Positions 37,421 through 51,216 of a DNA stretch of 64,000 bases are shown piece by piece. Location of the stretch: the NCBI RefSeq assembly GCF_006345805.1, contig NC_043006.1, forward strand, positions 15,128,001 to 15,192,000, given 5' to 3'. Position 1 is the first letter of the stretch. Each line of letters opens with the position of its first letter. The translations under genes were made by a program, and so were the position numbers. A model generated the notes under the pieces. It saw only the letters and a list, made by a program, of their open reading frames with translations. It was not told where the DNA came from and ran no database searches. Origin of the DNA: Octopus sinensis. Taxonomy: Eukaryota.

Positions 37421-38238
37421 GGAGAAGGAGAAAATGACCGTAAGTGATACAGAATGTGACTATATTTAAACTAACAGACGGACGAAAGTAAATACTGTGT
37501 TCTACCTCTTCTGCTATTTGTATTAAAAAGTATATGGAGACAAGATTTGAAAACTGTCAGTATGTCACTTCAATTACTTTCTCTTCTCAAGGAATATTGG
37601 TTTCAAATTTTGACACACGGACAGTTATTTCGAGGGACGGGCTAGGTCAATTACATCGACCAAAGGGATCAACTGGTAGTTATTTTATCGACACTGAAAG
37701 AATGAAAGGCAAAATCAACTTCTCAGGAATATTAACAGTAATTTTGCAAAGACAAATTCGCACGAGAACTATTTTGTCATATTCCATATAAGGGGTTAAA
37801 CAAACTGTATTTGGATACTACAGCGAAAGAAATTTTACATTATTAGCGTTAATAAAACCTTCGACCACATCTGGCACGATCACTTTTGGTAAAGTTATTT
37901 GCTTACGAATTCCAAAGCGAAATTATTTGACACAATAGGAGATCGTAAGAAACTCAAGTGTCTGGTTCTATCAGCAGGGAGCCCAGTCACCAGTCTGTCT
38001 GTCTTTATACTAATAACTTTCGTTTAGAAATTTTTAATGACACAGGTGCTTTTACTCTGATACAACTCGACAAAATTCTATATGTTCAGCATATTAGCAT
38101 TCACCTGCAAATTGAAAATTTTGTCTAAGGTACAATTTCTTTTTTTACGAGTCATCATAAAAATGATTACACTGAAACTAAGACTTATTTTCGTAAATTA
38201 ACTGTATATATATATATGTATGTATGTGTGTGTATGTG

Positions 38239-38273
<35 letters not shown>

Positions 38274-38395
38274 TTATATATACATATATATACATACATA
38301 CATATATATATATATATATTATATATATATATATATATATAGATATATATATATATATATTGTTGTATTTCGGAATGGTCATTTTGCCAGTTTAG

Positions 38396-38432
<37 letters not shown>

Positions 38433-38434
38433 AA

Positions 38435-39343
38435 TAATTAATCAATATAGGGTGGCAAAAAAAATTTTGTAGAATTCTTTTTGCCACCAGCGGCCTAGTG
38501 GGAAAAAATTTAAATAGTCATAGACCATTTTTAAGTTCAACATCAACAATCAAGGAACGGCCATGATAGGCCATTCACCCATTAGAAATAACAGCCAAAG
38601 CTTCAACCGCAAATAAAGATTAATTCCGTAAACAGGAGAAAATTTAAAAAACATTTACCCTGTAATTTCTTGTACGATGCACCGTTTCATCTGCTGTTTA
38701 ATGGTAAACTAACCTGATTAAATTAAATCAAGCCAATCTTCCATAGGCCCTCAGATTCTTCAGCAAGAAATAGCCAAGTCGGAACAGATATTTTCACGAG
38801 GCATTTCGGACCCTGCCAAGGTAATATCTGACCTAAAATTTACAAATCGTCGCACTCGCGCCAAATTTATCGGCAGCAAATAAATATAAGCCGTCGATTC
38901 CATTACGGAATTAACCAGAAAATTCATAATTAATCAATATAGGGTGGCAAAAAAAAATTTTGTAGAATTCTTTTTGCCACCAGCGACCTAGTGGGAAAAA
39001 ATTTAAATAGTCATAGACCATTTTTAAGTTCAACATCAACAATCAAGGAACGGCCATGATAGGCCATTCACCCACTAGAAATAACAGCCAAAGCTTCAAC
39101 CGCAAATAAAGATTAATTCCGTAAACAGGAGAAAATTTAAAAAACATTTACCCTGTAATTTCTTGTACGATGCACCGTTTCATCTGCTGTTTAATGGTAA
39201 ACTAACCTGATTAAATTAAATCAAGCCAATCTTCCATAGGCCCTCAGATTCTTCAGCAAGAAATAGCCAAGTCGGAACAGATATTTTCACGAGGCATTTC
39301 GGACCCTGCCAAGGTAATATCTGACCTAAAATTTACAAATCGT

Positions 39344-39346
<3 letters not shown>
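38435..39346 (+). repeat. Tandem duplication with 492 bp period, second copy truncated
   Basis: taattaatcaatatagggtggc at 38435 and 38927, copies nearly identical. Confidence 0.95.
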
Positions 39347-39406
<60 letters not shown>

Positions 39407-39413
39407 TCGCGTT

Positions 39414-39916
39414 TTAAACATTAAATGGGTCTTTTCTTTACTCCAGACACAGATGTTTTTGCGTCTGCAGGCTTCACTTCAATTAAATCAACGATACTGA
39501 AAAATCAAATGAGATGGTCTGGATATATCGTTCGAATGGTTGATGAACGCATACCCAAACAACTGTTTTTGGGTGAGCTTGCAGAGAGGAAACGAAATCG
39601 GTGTAAACCTAAAAAGATGTTTAAGGACAGCATAAGAACTACTATGAAGTCACTTGGAATGGATCCAAAGCCCATAGAAACTCTTACTTTGGATCGAGCT
39701 GGATGGCGAACAAAAGTGTGGAGTGGAGTGAAAGCTTTTGAGGAGGCAAGGATGACACATGCAAGATTAAAAGAAAATTTAAAGACGCAGGTTGTGATGA
39801 TGAAGGTGAATCTCAGTGACCCTTTTGTGTGCACAGTTTGTGACAGATCATGCCTTTCTTTTGCTGGGCTCAAATCTCATTTGCGAACCCATGTAAAACG
39901 AATCACCACCAACTAA
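39414..39916 (+). pseudogene. RTE-clade LINE ORF C-terminus
   Basis: QMRWSGYIVRMVDERIPKQLFLGEL, DRAGWR and terminal C2H2 finger CTVCDRSCLSFAGLKSHLRTH. Confidence 0.88.
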
Positions 39917-40129
39917 GGTCTGCAAATCTTACAGAGGCCTAAAAAGACATTTTCAGATCTACAAAGATCAGAACTTAACCGTAGCTCTTAGTGGTCCACA
40001 TCAGATATGCAATCTATATGGGTGTCTTTTAAATACATTTTCTGGTTAAGAAGCCACATCAGACGCCATGATGGATCTAAGGCGTAAGTACTAGAGGTGG
40101 TCAGAGTCTGTATTAGAAGTAGAGAACCA

Positions 40130-40165
<36 letters not shown>

Positions 40166-40178
40166 AGGTATACATACA

Positions 40179-40263
<85 letters not shown>

Positions 40264-40419
40264 GATTTAAAAAAATATTAATTATAATAATAATAAAGGG
40301 TAAAATCATAAATGATTTTTACCTAGTGGTCAGCGCGGAAATAAAACCTCATAAGTAAATTTTATAAATATTTTATAATTATATACATAATTATAACAAG
40401 GGCTTGGCTTGCGCCTCAC

Positions 40420-41240
40420 CACGCACTGAAACATAGACGCCAAAAGACACTATTACCACCATAAGTTCTCCAAGAAAAACACACTACATAATAGGCTAGT
40501 AGAAGACAAAAAAAATGAATTAAAACTTTGGTTTTGGCGCAGATCAGTTCAGACCGTTTGCAAGCATGATGCCGAGTGAACGCAGATCTGTTGTTAGCAA
40601 CAGCGTCAAAACAAGAGAAGCAGAGAGAAGAGAGCTTCATTTGATCCGATGTGTTCATCAAGGTCAGATGACGAGATGGGAAGAACATGTTGTTGAGAGG
40701 AAGATAAGTTGGGATGAGATGTGGAAGTGGACGACATCTCGGCTGAGTTTCCTGATTCGTTCATCTTATGATGTTTTGCCATCACCTACGAATCTAGTAA
40801 GATGGAACGTTTTAGAGAATGACATCTGCAAATGTGGAAAGGTCGGTACACTGAAACATATTCTTTCCAACTGTTCATTAGCATTGAACAGGTACACATG
40901 GAGGCACAACTTGATCCTTAAGGTTATCTTCAATGCTATAAAGAACCAAATTCATCTCAACAACACTGAGGAAAAATCGTTAAAAGTACCATCAAGAGAT
41001 TTCATTACCTTCGTGCGACCAGGTCAGCGGATCCGTTTCAAGAAGAAGATCAAGAAACTTTCTGAGAAAAATGAAAAGTGGAACGGTTATTGGAAGGAAA
41101 CTGCAGATTTACCTGGGTGCCAGGTTTTCTTTCCCATCCCAGTTTCGAAAAAACCAGATATTTTGATGTGGTGTGAAAGAAAGAAAGTTGTAAATATAGT
41201 CGAGCTAACGGTTCCTCATGATGATAATATGGATAAGCAG
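40420..41240 (+). pseudogene. RLE non-LTR retrotransposon fragment (Hero/NeSL-like)
   Basis: FLIRSSYDVLPSPTNL, CKCGKVGTLKHILSNC (CCHC), RYTWRHN, KPDILMW..VELTVP (PD-D/E motif). Confidence 0.88.
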
Positions 41241-41428
41241 GAGGATCAAGGCCTCATATCAGTGAGGGGGGGCCGGTGCGAATTGGTGCCGTCGAGAGGT
41301 AGGCCCCGAAACGGCGCGCATTCTCTCCTGATGACCCCATACACTTGCTAGCTTCCGGTATACGGAGCTTTTAACTGGTAGCACTTGCATGTGCAAGTTG
41401 TTTGCAAGACATATATATCTCATCCCAA

Positions 41429-41484
<56 letters not shown>

Positions 41485-41490
41485 GTATAT

Positions 41491-41590
<100 letters not shown>

Positions 41591-41623
41591 GTATACAATA
41601 TATTGTATACAAAATACAAAATA

Positions 41624-42153
41624 TTAGAAATAGCAGCCAAATTGATCACTATTTCTCCTACTAATAAAAGAGTCTCCATAAACAAACAGAATTTGTAACC
41701 CGTATATGGTAAACAATATATATGTATACAATATACAAAAATATACAAATAGTATATTGAATACTATTGCTCCCTTACAAGAAATCTACGAAACTTCGTT
41801 TCGTTGGTAATGTTTTTGTAACTCACGTGGTAAATTTGGAGGGAGATGCGAATTCGCCTGTCTATATAAATGTAGGGATGCTAGCAGTTCCGTTAGATCG
41901 TTCGATGTCGCTGGTCGAGCCGGTGAGTTTTTTTTTTTCACCTAGCATTTCTAGATTTATAGGAAATATTATATTGACAAGGAAATGAGCCTTCGGTTCT
42001 AATCCAGAAACGATTCGTCTATAATTAATCCATAGGCTGGGATTTCGTTATTTTCTTTCTTTTTACCATATACGGGTTACAAATTCTGTTTGTTTGTGGA
42101 GACTTTTTTATTAGTAGGAGAAATAGTGATCAATTTGGCTGCTATTTCTAATA
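41624..42153. repeat. About 90 bp inverted repeats (41624-41712, 42062-42153) around a 350 bp spacer
   Basis: ttagaaatagcagccaaattgatcactatttctcc and its reverse complement. Confidence 0.92.
41968..42025 (+). ncRNA. Type I hammerhead-like motif with U3-A8 core and GUC site
   Basis: ATTATA-TTGACAA-GGA(..gagccttcggttc..)TCC-A-GAAA-CG(ATT)CG-TC-TATAAT. Confidence 0.6.
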
Positions 42154-42288
42154 TTTTCGGTATGTGGTTTTGAGCAACTTGTTGCAATTAACCCTTTATT
42201 ATAATTAAAATATATATATGTATATATATGTATATTAGGGAGTAAATCCAAACTTGCCTAATAGTGGTTTGATCTCTAATTTAATATA

Positions 42289-42330
<42 letters not shown>

Positions 42331-42593
42331 AATGAGGGTGAAAGATTGATATTAATTTAATAATACCATTAATTTAACACCGAGTGGCTTAGCATAAAAA
42401 ACTACGGAGAAAATACAAATTTATACATAAATTATTAGAGAGTTAACCACTATGTGGATAACTCTAGTGCTAAAAATAACCCCGATAGTACAGCCACAGA
42501 AAAAGATGTTTCCAATTAGAAATAACATACATTTAACGGAAGGAAAGTGAAATATAACGAATAAATAGATTGACCCTGAACAAATTGTTTCAT

Positions 42594-43007
42594 TACTCTT
42601 TACTCTTTTACTCTTTTACTCTTTTACTTGTTTCAGTCATTTGACTGCGGCCATGCTGGAGCACCGCCTTTAATCGAGCAACTCGACCCCGGGACTAATT
42701 CTTTTTGTAAGCCCAGTACTCATTCTATCGGTCTCTTTTTGCCGAACCGCTAAGTAACGGGAACATAAACACACCAGCATCGGTTGTCAAGCAATGCTAG
42801 GGGGACAAACACAGACACAGAAACACACACACATATATATACATATATACGACAGGCTTCTTTCAGTTTCCGTCTACCAAATCCACTCACAAGGCATTGG
42901 TCGGCCCGGGGCGATAGCAGAAGACACTTCCCCAAGATGCCACGCAGTGGGACTGAACCCGGAACCATGTGGTTGGTTAGCAAGCTACTTACCACACAGC
43001 CACTCCT
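42594..43007 (-). mobile_element. SINE family B, full length
   Basis: Consensus match; (TACTCTTT)n tail. Confidence 0.93.
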
Positions 43008-43078
43008 AATATGTAATTTTACTTACATAAACATCTATATATATATACATACATACATACATACATACATGCATTACA

Positions 43079-43112
<34 letters not shown>

Positions 43113-43643
43113 AGTACGTGTATGTTGAGTTTTACAAGGAAAATATAAAGAGTGAAATTTCGGCTTACGATAGCGGTCATCAGACTGTAGTTGAATTTCA
43201 AGCCTTATACGTAGTGTTTAAGGTAGAGTATTCGTTTCGTGGGAGTGGGAAGAGAAATGTCAATAAGAAAATTAGTTGTGGTACAAATGAATTTGGAAGA
43301 AGAAAAAGGTTGTTGTGTAAGAAGAGAAGTCGAAGAAGAACAAGCGGAAAACAAATGTTTATAAGACGGGGATAGAGAAGAAAGAATAGCGGAAACATTC
43401 AACACATTGTAAAATCATTCTCTAAACTTTGGATTATTAACTGAAGCCTCCGTGATGTTTCAATTTTTAATAGCTTTTATAAAACTGCTTACTAATATGC
43501 GATAGGCAACCCATATGCCATGTAGGTTCTACACAACATAATGCAATAGAATTATGCTTGTTAGACAAGCTCCCATTCCTGTAAATACTCAATCATAAGC
43601 TCGCTGAATATCCATGTCTTCCATTTGTCTTGTAAACTCAAAT

Positions 43644-44011
43644 GTGGAGGCGCAATGGCCCAGTGGTTAGGACAGCGAACTCGCGGTCATAGAATCGCGG
43701 TTTCGATTCCCAGACCGGGCGTTGTGAGTGTTTATTGAGCGAAAACACCTAAAAGCTCCACGAGGCTCCGGCAGGGGATGGTGGTGATCCTCTTTCACCA
43801 TAACTTTCTCTCACTCTTACTTCCTGTTTCTGTTGTACCTGTATTTCAAGGGGCCGGCCTTGTCACTCTCTGTGAATATCCCTGAGAACTACGTTAAGGG
43901 TACACGTGTCTGTGGAGTGCTCAGCCACTTACACGTTAATTTCACGAGCAGGCTGTTCCGTTGATTCGGATCAACCGGAACCCTCATCATCGTAACCGAC
44001 GGAGTGCTTCC
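43644..44011 (+). mobile_element. SINE family A with 10 bp TSD
   Basis: TSD aaactcaaat at 43634-43643 and 44012-44021; two small internal deletions. Confidence 0.95.
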
Positions 44012-44361
44012 AAACTCAAATAAACACCTATCATAATAACTGATTTACCTTTCTACGTGCTTCTTATGTAATCTTAAAATCTTTCTCATGGTTTTCACTC
44101 ATTTTCCTCTTGTCTCTTCCTTTACCGCTCGTGTTTAGGACCACGTACTTCACACTATGTTTCACACATTTCTCTAAACTGCATTCATTTAAAATTCCCA
44201 TTCCGGTTGTTACGCTTTGTCATCCATTTGCCTGTAAAATTTCGAAATGAGCATGAATCCCGTGCATACTTCATTCAGTTAATGCGATTTCCTTATGTTG
44301 AAGGAGCCAGAAAATCTATAAATGCATAGATAGATAGATATATTAATAGACAGGTATATGT

Positions 44362-44397
<36 letters not shown>

Positions 44398-44400
<3 letters not shown>

Positions 44401-44608
44401 GGTGTCCCAAAAAATGTATACACACTTTAGCAGCTGATAACTCATTTGATATTTTTTCTTTCCAGATGAAACCTATAGGATTTAATGATGGCAGTCAGAT
44501 TAAGCTTTGAACAAAGAAAATTCATTCTAAAATGATACTGGAAGTGTGAAAATGCAGTTGAAGTGCAAAAACAGTTAAAGTATGCATACATTTTTTTGGG
44601 ACACCCTG
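44398..44608 (+). mobile_element. Tc1/mariner MITE (deletion derivative) inside (TA)n
   Basis: TIRs cagggtgtcccaaaaaatgtata and tacatttttttgggacaccctg; internal transposase N-terminus-like MAVRLSFEQRKFILK*YWKCENAVEVQKQ. Confidence 0.88.
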
Positions 44609-44712
44609 TATATATATATATATATATATATAATATAATAATATAAATAATATATAAATATATATATATATATATAATATATATATATATATAAATAATA
44701 TAAATAATATAT

Positions 44713-44759
<47 letters not shown>

Positions 44760-44786
44760 ATATAAATAATATATAAATATATATAT

Positions 44787-44824
<38 letters not shown>

Positions 44825-45164
44825 AATATAATATATAAATATATGCATATATACATACATATATGTACATACCAACATATATATATGTATATATGAATGC
44901 ATATATGAGTACAGGACATCAAAAAAACGTTGAACACAATGAGAAACGAAACATGCAACATAAAGAATGTTCCCCTTCATCATTTGGTAGATAGCTATGT
45001 CATTAGGTGAATGGATAAATAACGTGCAGTTTGAGAACTTCAATTATTTTTATTAAGAAAATGAAGTGAAACTGTTAAAATAATTAAAATTAGATTGAAA
45101 TAAATTATTTAAAAGATTATTCAAACCGAGTTTTTCCCCTCGTTAAGACAGTTAAACCATCTCT

Positions 45165-45556
45165 AGTGGAGGCGCAATGGCCCAGTGGTTAGGGCAGCGG
45201 ACTCGCGGTCATAGGATCGCGGTTTCGATTCCCAGACCGGGTGTTGTGAGTGTTTATTGAGCGAAAACACCTAAAAGCTCCACGAGGCTCCGGCAGGGGA
45301 TGGTGGTGATCCCTGCTGTACTCTTTCACCACAACTTTCTCTCACTCTTACTTCCTGTTTCTGTTGTACCTGTATTTCAAAGGGCCGGCCTTGTCGCTCT
45401 CTGTGTCACGCTGAATATCCCCGAGAACTACGTTAAGGGTGCACGTGTCTGTGGAGTGCTCAGCCACTTGCACGTTAATTTCACGAGCAGGCTGTTCCGT
45501 TGATTCGGATCAACCGGAACCCTCATCGTCGTAAGCGACGGAGTGCTTCCAGGTCA
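45165..45556 (+). mobile_element. SINE family A with 12 bp TSD
   Basis: TSD taaaccatctct at 45153-45164 and 45557-45568. Confidence 0.95.
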
Positions 45557-45629
45557 TAAACCATCTCTGTATAATAAAAATCATGTTGGTTGGATGGTTG
45601 ATTTCCCCGGTCACGCTTTTATATCATAC

Positions 45630-46047
45630 TTTCCTACTCTAGGCACAAGGCCCGAAATTTTGAGGAAGGGGGCCAGTCGATTAGATTAATCCGAGTATGC
45701 GACTGGTACTTAATTTATCGACATCGATAAATCAAGTAACTCAGCGGAATTTGAACTCAGAACGTAAAGACAGACGAAATACCGCTAAGCATTTCACTCA
45801 GCGTACTAACGTTTCTTATTTCTTTACCGCCCACAAGGGGCTACACACAGAGAGGACAAACAAGGACAGACAAACGGATTAAGTCGATTATATCGACCCC
45901 AGTGTGCAACTGGTACTTATTTAATCGACTCCGAAAGGATGAAAGGCAAAGTCGACCTTGGTGGAATTTGAACTCAGAACGTAGCGGCAGACGAAATACT
46001 GCTAAGCATTTCGCCCGGCGTGATAACGATTCTGCCAGCTCGCCGCC
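45630..46047 (-). mobile_element. SINE family C dimer with 13 bp TSD
   Basis: TSD ttttatatcatac on both sides. Confidence 0.92.
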
Positions 46048-46721
46048 TTTTATATCATACAAAGAGGAGGAGGAGAGAGATTGAAAGAGCGACACTGAAA
46101 ATGTTAACACAGGCGGTTGTAGGATGAATGGAGAGAAAGACTGATAGAGACGGAGAAGGTGGAGGAGATGGAGTAAATGATTGTGTTCTTGAGCGTTGTG
46201 TTCTTGAGCAAACCATTTCCTTTCACGTTGCTCCAGTCCACTCAGTCGGCGAAACTGAGTAATCTTGCGATGGACCGGCGTCCCGCCACGGAAACAAACC
46301 GGGAAACCGGCCCTTATGAATCTATATGACCCGCGATGGAAGTTTACTTTTACTTATAACACAAAATTCTTTACCCCAAAACATTTAATGAAAAGAGATA
46401 TACAAATGAGAAATTTGTCACATCTAATTTTATTATAGGCAAATAAATACTTTTCATATGAAAATTAGTGTTCATTTAATCATTTTATGGAAGCATTAAG
46501 AAATTTGACAAAAGGTTTGAACTATAACTATTGTATATATGCCATATTTCTTCATATTACCCGTGGAGTCAGTCAAAAATATACTTCCAAATTTACCTGT
46601 CATATGTTGGACAGCACTGTCGTATTTTATATAATTTACAAAAGACAACATTTTCCTTTAAAGTACAAATCTTTTATTCAAATAAAATCCTCCTTTTCCT
46701 TTTGAAATGTATAGAAGTATT

Positions 46722-46952
46722 TATTTCTTTATTGTCCACTGGAGGTTAAACAAAGGGAAGACAAACAAGGACAGGCAAAGAGATTAAGTCGATTACATCG
46801 ACTCCAGTGCATAACTGGTACTTATTTAATCGACCCCGAAAGGATGAAAGGCAAATTTGACCTCGGCGGACTTTGAACTCAGAACGTAACGGCAGACGAA
46901 ATACCGCTAGGCATTTCGCCCGGCGCGCTAACGATTCGACCAGCTCGCCGCC
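46722..46952 (-). mobile_element. SINE family C monomer with 21 bp TSD
   Basis: TSD tttgaaatgtatagaagtatt at 46701-46721 and 46953-46973. Confidence 0.95.
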
Positions 46953-47398
46953 TTTGAAATGTATAGAAGTATTGATGTCTTTCATACGCACAATGCCTCC
47001 ATTTTGGCGGAATGCTGCATTCCTGTTATAACAAACTCAGTACTTAGCCGGTGCTGTAGCTTATTAACGGAGGGAAAGTAAAAAGCAAAGTTCACCTTAG
47101 GATTTGAACTCAGATTGTAAAACTTATTTTAAAAGTGACTTAATCCACCATTTATATATTTATCTTTTCTTATTGAACAAAACCTTAGGGAATTGATGGA
47201 AAGACATTTTAAAGATGGTGTTAAAACATGAAACTATCTCCTGGCATTTGTATTTTAATTAAATTAATTAAATGATGCGACGTTGATCAGATAGTTTATA
47301 TCTGATAGAAAGAAATCAATGCTTAAATAATTATTTCAACTGGACTGTTCCTAACATAAAAAACGATCAGCCATAATTTATGTAATTTTTATAACACA

Positions 47399-47665
47399 GG
47401 TGGAGGCGCGTGGCTTAGTAGTTAGGTTGTTGGAATCATGATCGTAAGATTGTGGTTTCGATTCCTGAACAAGGCGACGCGTTGCGTTGTTGAGCAAACC
47501 ACTTCCTTCCACGTTGCTCCAGTCCACTCAGTCGGCGAAAGTGAGTAATCCTGCGACGGACCGGCGTCCTGTCCAGATGAGGAATATATACGCCATGGAA
47601 ACAAACCGGGAAACCGGCCCTTATGAGTCTATATGACCCGCGATGGAACTTTACTTTTACAAAAC
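47399..47665 (+). mobile_element. SINE family D; partial paralog at about 46190-46385
   Basis: gtggaggcgcgtggcttagtagttagg head; ctgcgacggaccggcgtcctgtcc central block. Confidence 0.88.
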
Positions 47666-48715
47666 TTTACAAAATTCTTTACCCAAAAGTATTTAAGTTA
47701 TTTCTTCTTAATTAAAGCTTTCACAATAATTCCTTTTGAATTCGTAATGTATACTAGCCATCAATATGGCTAACCACTAAGGGTGGGTGTTACTGTAGCT
47801 TTTAGCCTCAGGAGATCATCGTCTTCAGCTGGCTTTAGGCACACTATTTGTGCTCTTATGGTATTTGCAAAGGGAGTCATCCCTCTCTCGTAAGCCTAAG
47901 TGATACGCACGGACTGCAGTTTCGAGGTGTTTGCCTCTTGTCAACGCACGGTAATTTGAATTATTATATAGAATTATTGATCTCTTGCATAGGCACAAGG
48001 TCTCCATTTGGAAGGATGGTTACAGTTGATTACATAACGACTCCAGTACTTCACCGTCACTTGATTGTAGCACGTCCGGAAGGATGAACCACAAAGTTGA
48101 ACTCAGTGCGATTTGAACTGAGAAAGTAAAGAGCCAGACAATTGCTGCAAGGCATTTTGTCCTACGTGCTGAATATTCTCTCAATCCACCACAGTAAATT
48201 TATTTTTATTTCCATTGAACCAACAAGACAAAAAAAGAAATGTTATATACATAACTAATATGGCACAAGAAAACACTTGTCTTAGTACTTGAGTTGTTTT
48301 CATGTTTAAAATTGAACAGACTTGAATGGTAAATCTCGGCGAAGAAAAAAAAAAAGAGATTCGTTGGTGGCAGGAATCAGTAAAGTGGTTTACTTCAGAT
48401 TTCAGAGTAACAAAAGAAGACAAATGGCGAAAGCAAATATTGCTCTGAGGCAGGTTTTCGGAACAAGATTAAAAAAGAAACATTGTTTTTGCATATTTTC
48501 GAATTACAACAACCGAATGAATGAATCTGCGAGTGTAGTTCAAATGTAGTTCGAAAATAGAGTTTTATTATTGTCTAAAACAACTACAAAATGAGCGATT
48601 AGCAGAGATTTAAAATACCGAATTAAATTTTAATTCAATATATCTCTACGTTCAAATGTTGATCGAAAGATATTTATTTTTGATTTCAGAATCAGAAAAG
48701 AAGACAAGTAGCAAA

Positions 48716-49104
48716 TGGATGGAAGCACTCCGTCGGTTACGACGATGAGGGTTCCGGTTGATCCGATCAACGGAACAGCCTGCTCGTGAAATTAACGTGT
48801 AAGTGGCTGAGCACTCCACAGACACGTGCACCCTTAACGTAGTTCTCGGGGATATTCAGCGTGACACAGAGAGTGACAAGGCCGGCCCTTTGAAATACAG
48901 GTACAACAGAAACAGGAAGTAAGGGTGAGAGAAAGTTGTGGTGAAAGAGTACAGCAGGGATCACCACCATCCCCTGCCGGAGCCTCGTGGAGTTTTTAGG
49001 TGTTTTCGCTCAATAAACACTCACAACGCCCGGTCTGGGAATCGAAACCGCGATCCTACGACCGCAAGTCCGCTACCCTAACCACCGGGCCATTGCGCCT
49101 CCAC
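48716..49104 (-). mobile_element. SINE family A with 12 bp TSD
   Basis: TSD acaagtagcaaa at 48704-48715 and 49105-49116. Confidence 0.95.
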
Positions 49105-50479
49105 ACAAGTAGCAAAAGTATGCATAAGAATAAAAATGAAGAATAGAAATAAAAAAAATACAAGGATAGACCAAAATAAAAGTATCATGCTTTACAACAA
49201 ATGGTGAACGAAAATATAGACTTAGCTGAAATAACGAATGAAAATAGAACTGTTCAATAACTACAAAATAAAAAGGCAACTTCCTGCACAGTCTCCTAGA
49301 AAACATGAGTTCTGTGGGGGAGGAGTTAGCCCATGCTTTTAATTCAGGTTGAATGTGTGATAAAATCGAGGGGTTGCCATATTAATCTACAAAACTTATA
49401 CTTAAACACTGAAGCGATTTCAGAAATTATTAATTAACAAGTGTACCTGTTCTCGTTTGCTCGACAGAGCTTATCATCGTCGTGTAGGACGGTGATGACG
49501 ATACTGATGGTGATGATTAACAGATAAGATAGATATAACTAAAATCTAAAACAAATGTGTCAATGCATAAAAATATATCTGAATTAAGTATCCAGTTAAT
49601 ACAATAGTTAAGAAGTTTTAAATCTGGAAATCTCCCGTGTACATAATACAGGCGACTTTTACGACATTATCTTCATAGCCCTACCACTGCGTTTAATTCT
49701 AAAAGAGCTGCATATTAAATCAAACCGATCAATTGCAACGTATTTACGTTGTTCAACAACTAACAATGATAGATTTATTAACTGTCGTTGACAAAGCCAC
49801 TCAGACTGGAAGCTGTAATTGCGAATGAGCGAAAGCTAGAGGGATGTTAGTAAGTCAAAGTTTAATTCTTGATACAAAATTATCTTTGCTATAAAGTTTA
49901 CCTTCTAATAATCTTGCTTTCAACCATGCTTTTCAAATTCTTGTTTCACTGCAAAACTCATTAGCCTTATTTAAGCCACTTATAATCATAATAAAATAAC
50001 CCCTTTCCAAGGCCAGGGTTTGGAGGTGGGTGCACTACCAAAATTACTGTTGTGTATGGACTCCACTGGAAAAGCTGAGTAAATGAAACCGTTCGTCATA
50101 AAATTTTCATGAAACAAATATGGAAGTATGTTATAGCATTTCTATGAAGTGACAATCCTTTCTCTCGTCTGAGGGTGTGGGCGAAATGAAATAAAATGAA
50201 AGTATTTGTACCTGTATAAAATGAAAGTATTTGTCATTTGATTTTTAGGAAATCAAATGACGTTAAGCACAGCTTTTGTAATATGTAAGTGGTGAATTGA
50301 AAGTTAAACAATTTTTCAAGGTAAAAGCGTGACGACAGATTCTTATTCAATGGTATTTTAGTAGCACAGTCAAGTGACGGTGCGAGTGACAAAGATTGTA
50401 ATGCTGAAAAGGCATTACAAATATGAATGACGAAATTCATATTTTCATGAATCTAATTCAGCATCTATCTAACATCGTC

Positions 50480-50665
50480 GCTATTCGGGTACAAAACCAG
50501 CTTTTGGTACAAGACCCAGTGTCCAACTGGCATTTATTTTATCGATCACGAAAGGATGACAAACCAAGTCGACTTCTGCAGAATTTGGACTCAGAAAGTA
50601 AAGCGGACGAAATGCCGCTAAACATTTTTCCCGGCGCGGTAACAATTCCGCCACGTCGCCGCCTT
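50480..50665 (-). mobile_element. Decayed SINE family C copy
   Basis: Reverse complement of the head aggcggcgacgtggcgg and of the body. Confidence 0.7.
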
Positions 50666-51069
50666 TAGGAGCGAAAAATATTAATATCTGTGATATATTG
50701 AGATAAGCTGCTAAAGAACTAGCTCCATGAAGTGCCAAATGAATCTCTATTACCGATCCATGTATAGTCATAGGTAGATATTGGAACAGAGTTTTGAAAT
50801 AATTGACGAAATTCCATTAAATCAAGCATAAAACTGAAAAACAAAATCTTCAAAAGAATAGTTCCGGAGGGGACAATATTATTTTCTGGGAAATATTCTA
50901 TGCGGATGGAGATAACTTCCAACCATTTTGAAAGAGATAACAGAAACACTACACACACGCGCGCGCGCTCACACACATACACACACTTATAAATATACAT
51001 ATGTAATGTATATATATATGTGTTTGTATGTATATATGTATGTATGTATATATATATATATCTCTCTGT

Positions 51070-51120
<51 letters not shown>

Positions 51121-51180
51121 TATGTGTGTGTGCGTGTGTATCTATATCCATATATTTATATATTGAGTGAAAGAGAGAAG

Positions 51181-51216
<36 letters not shown>

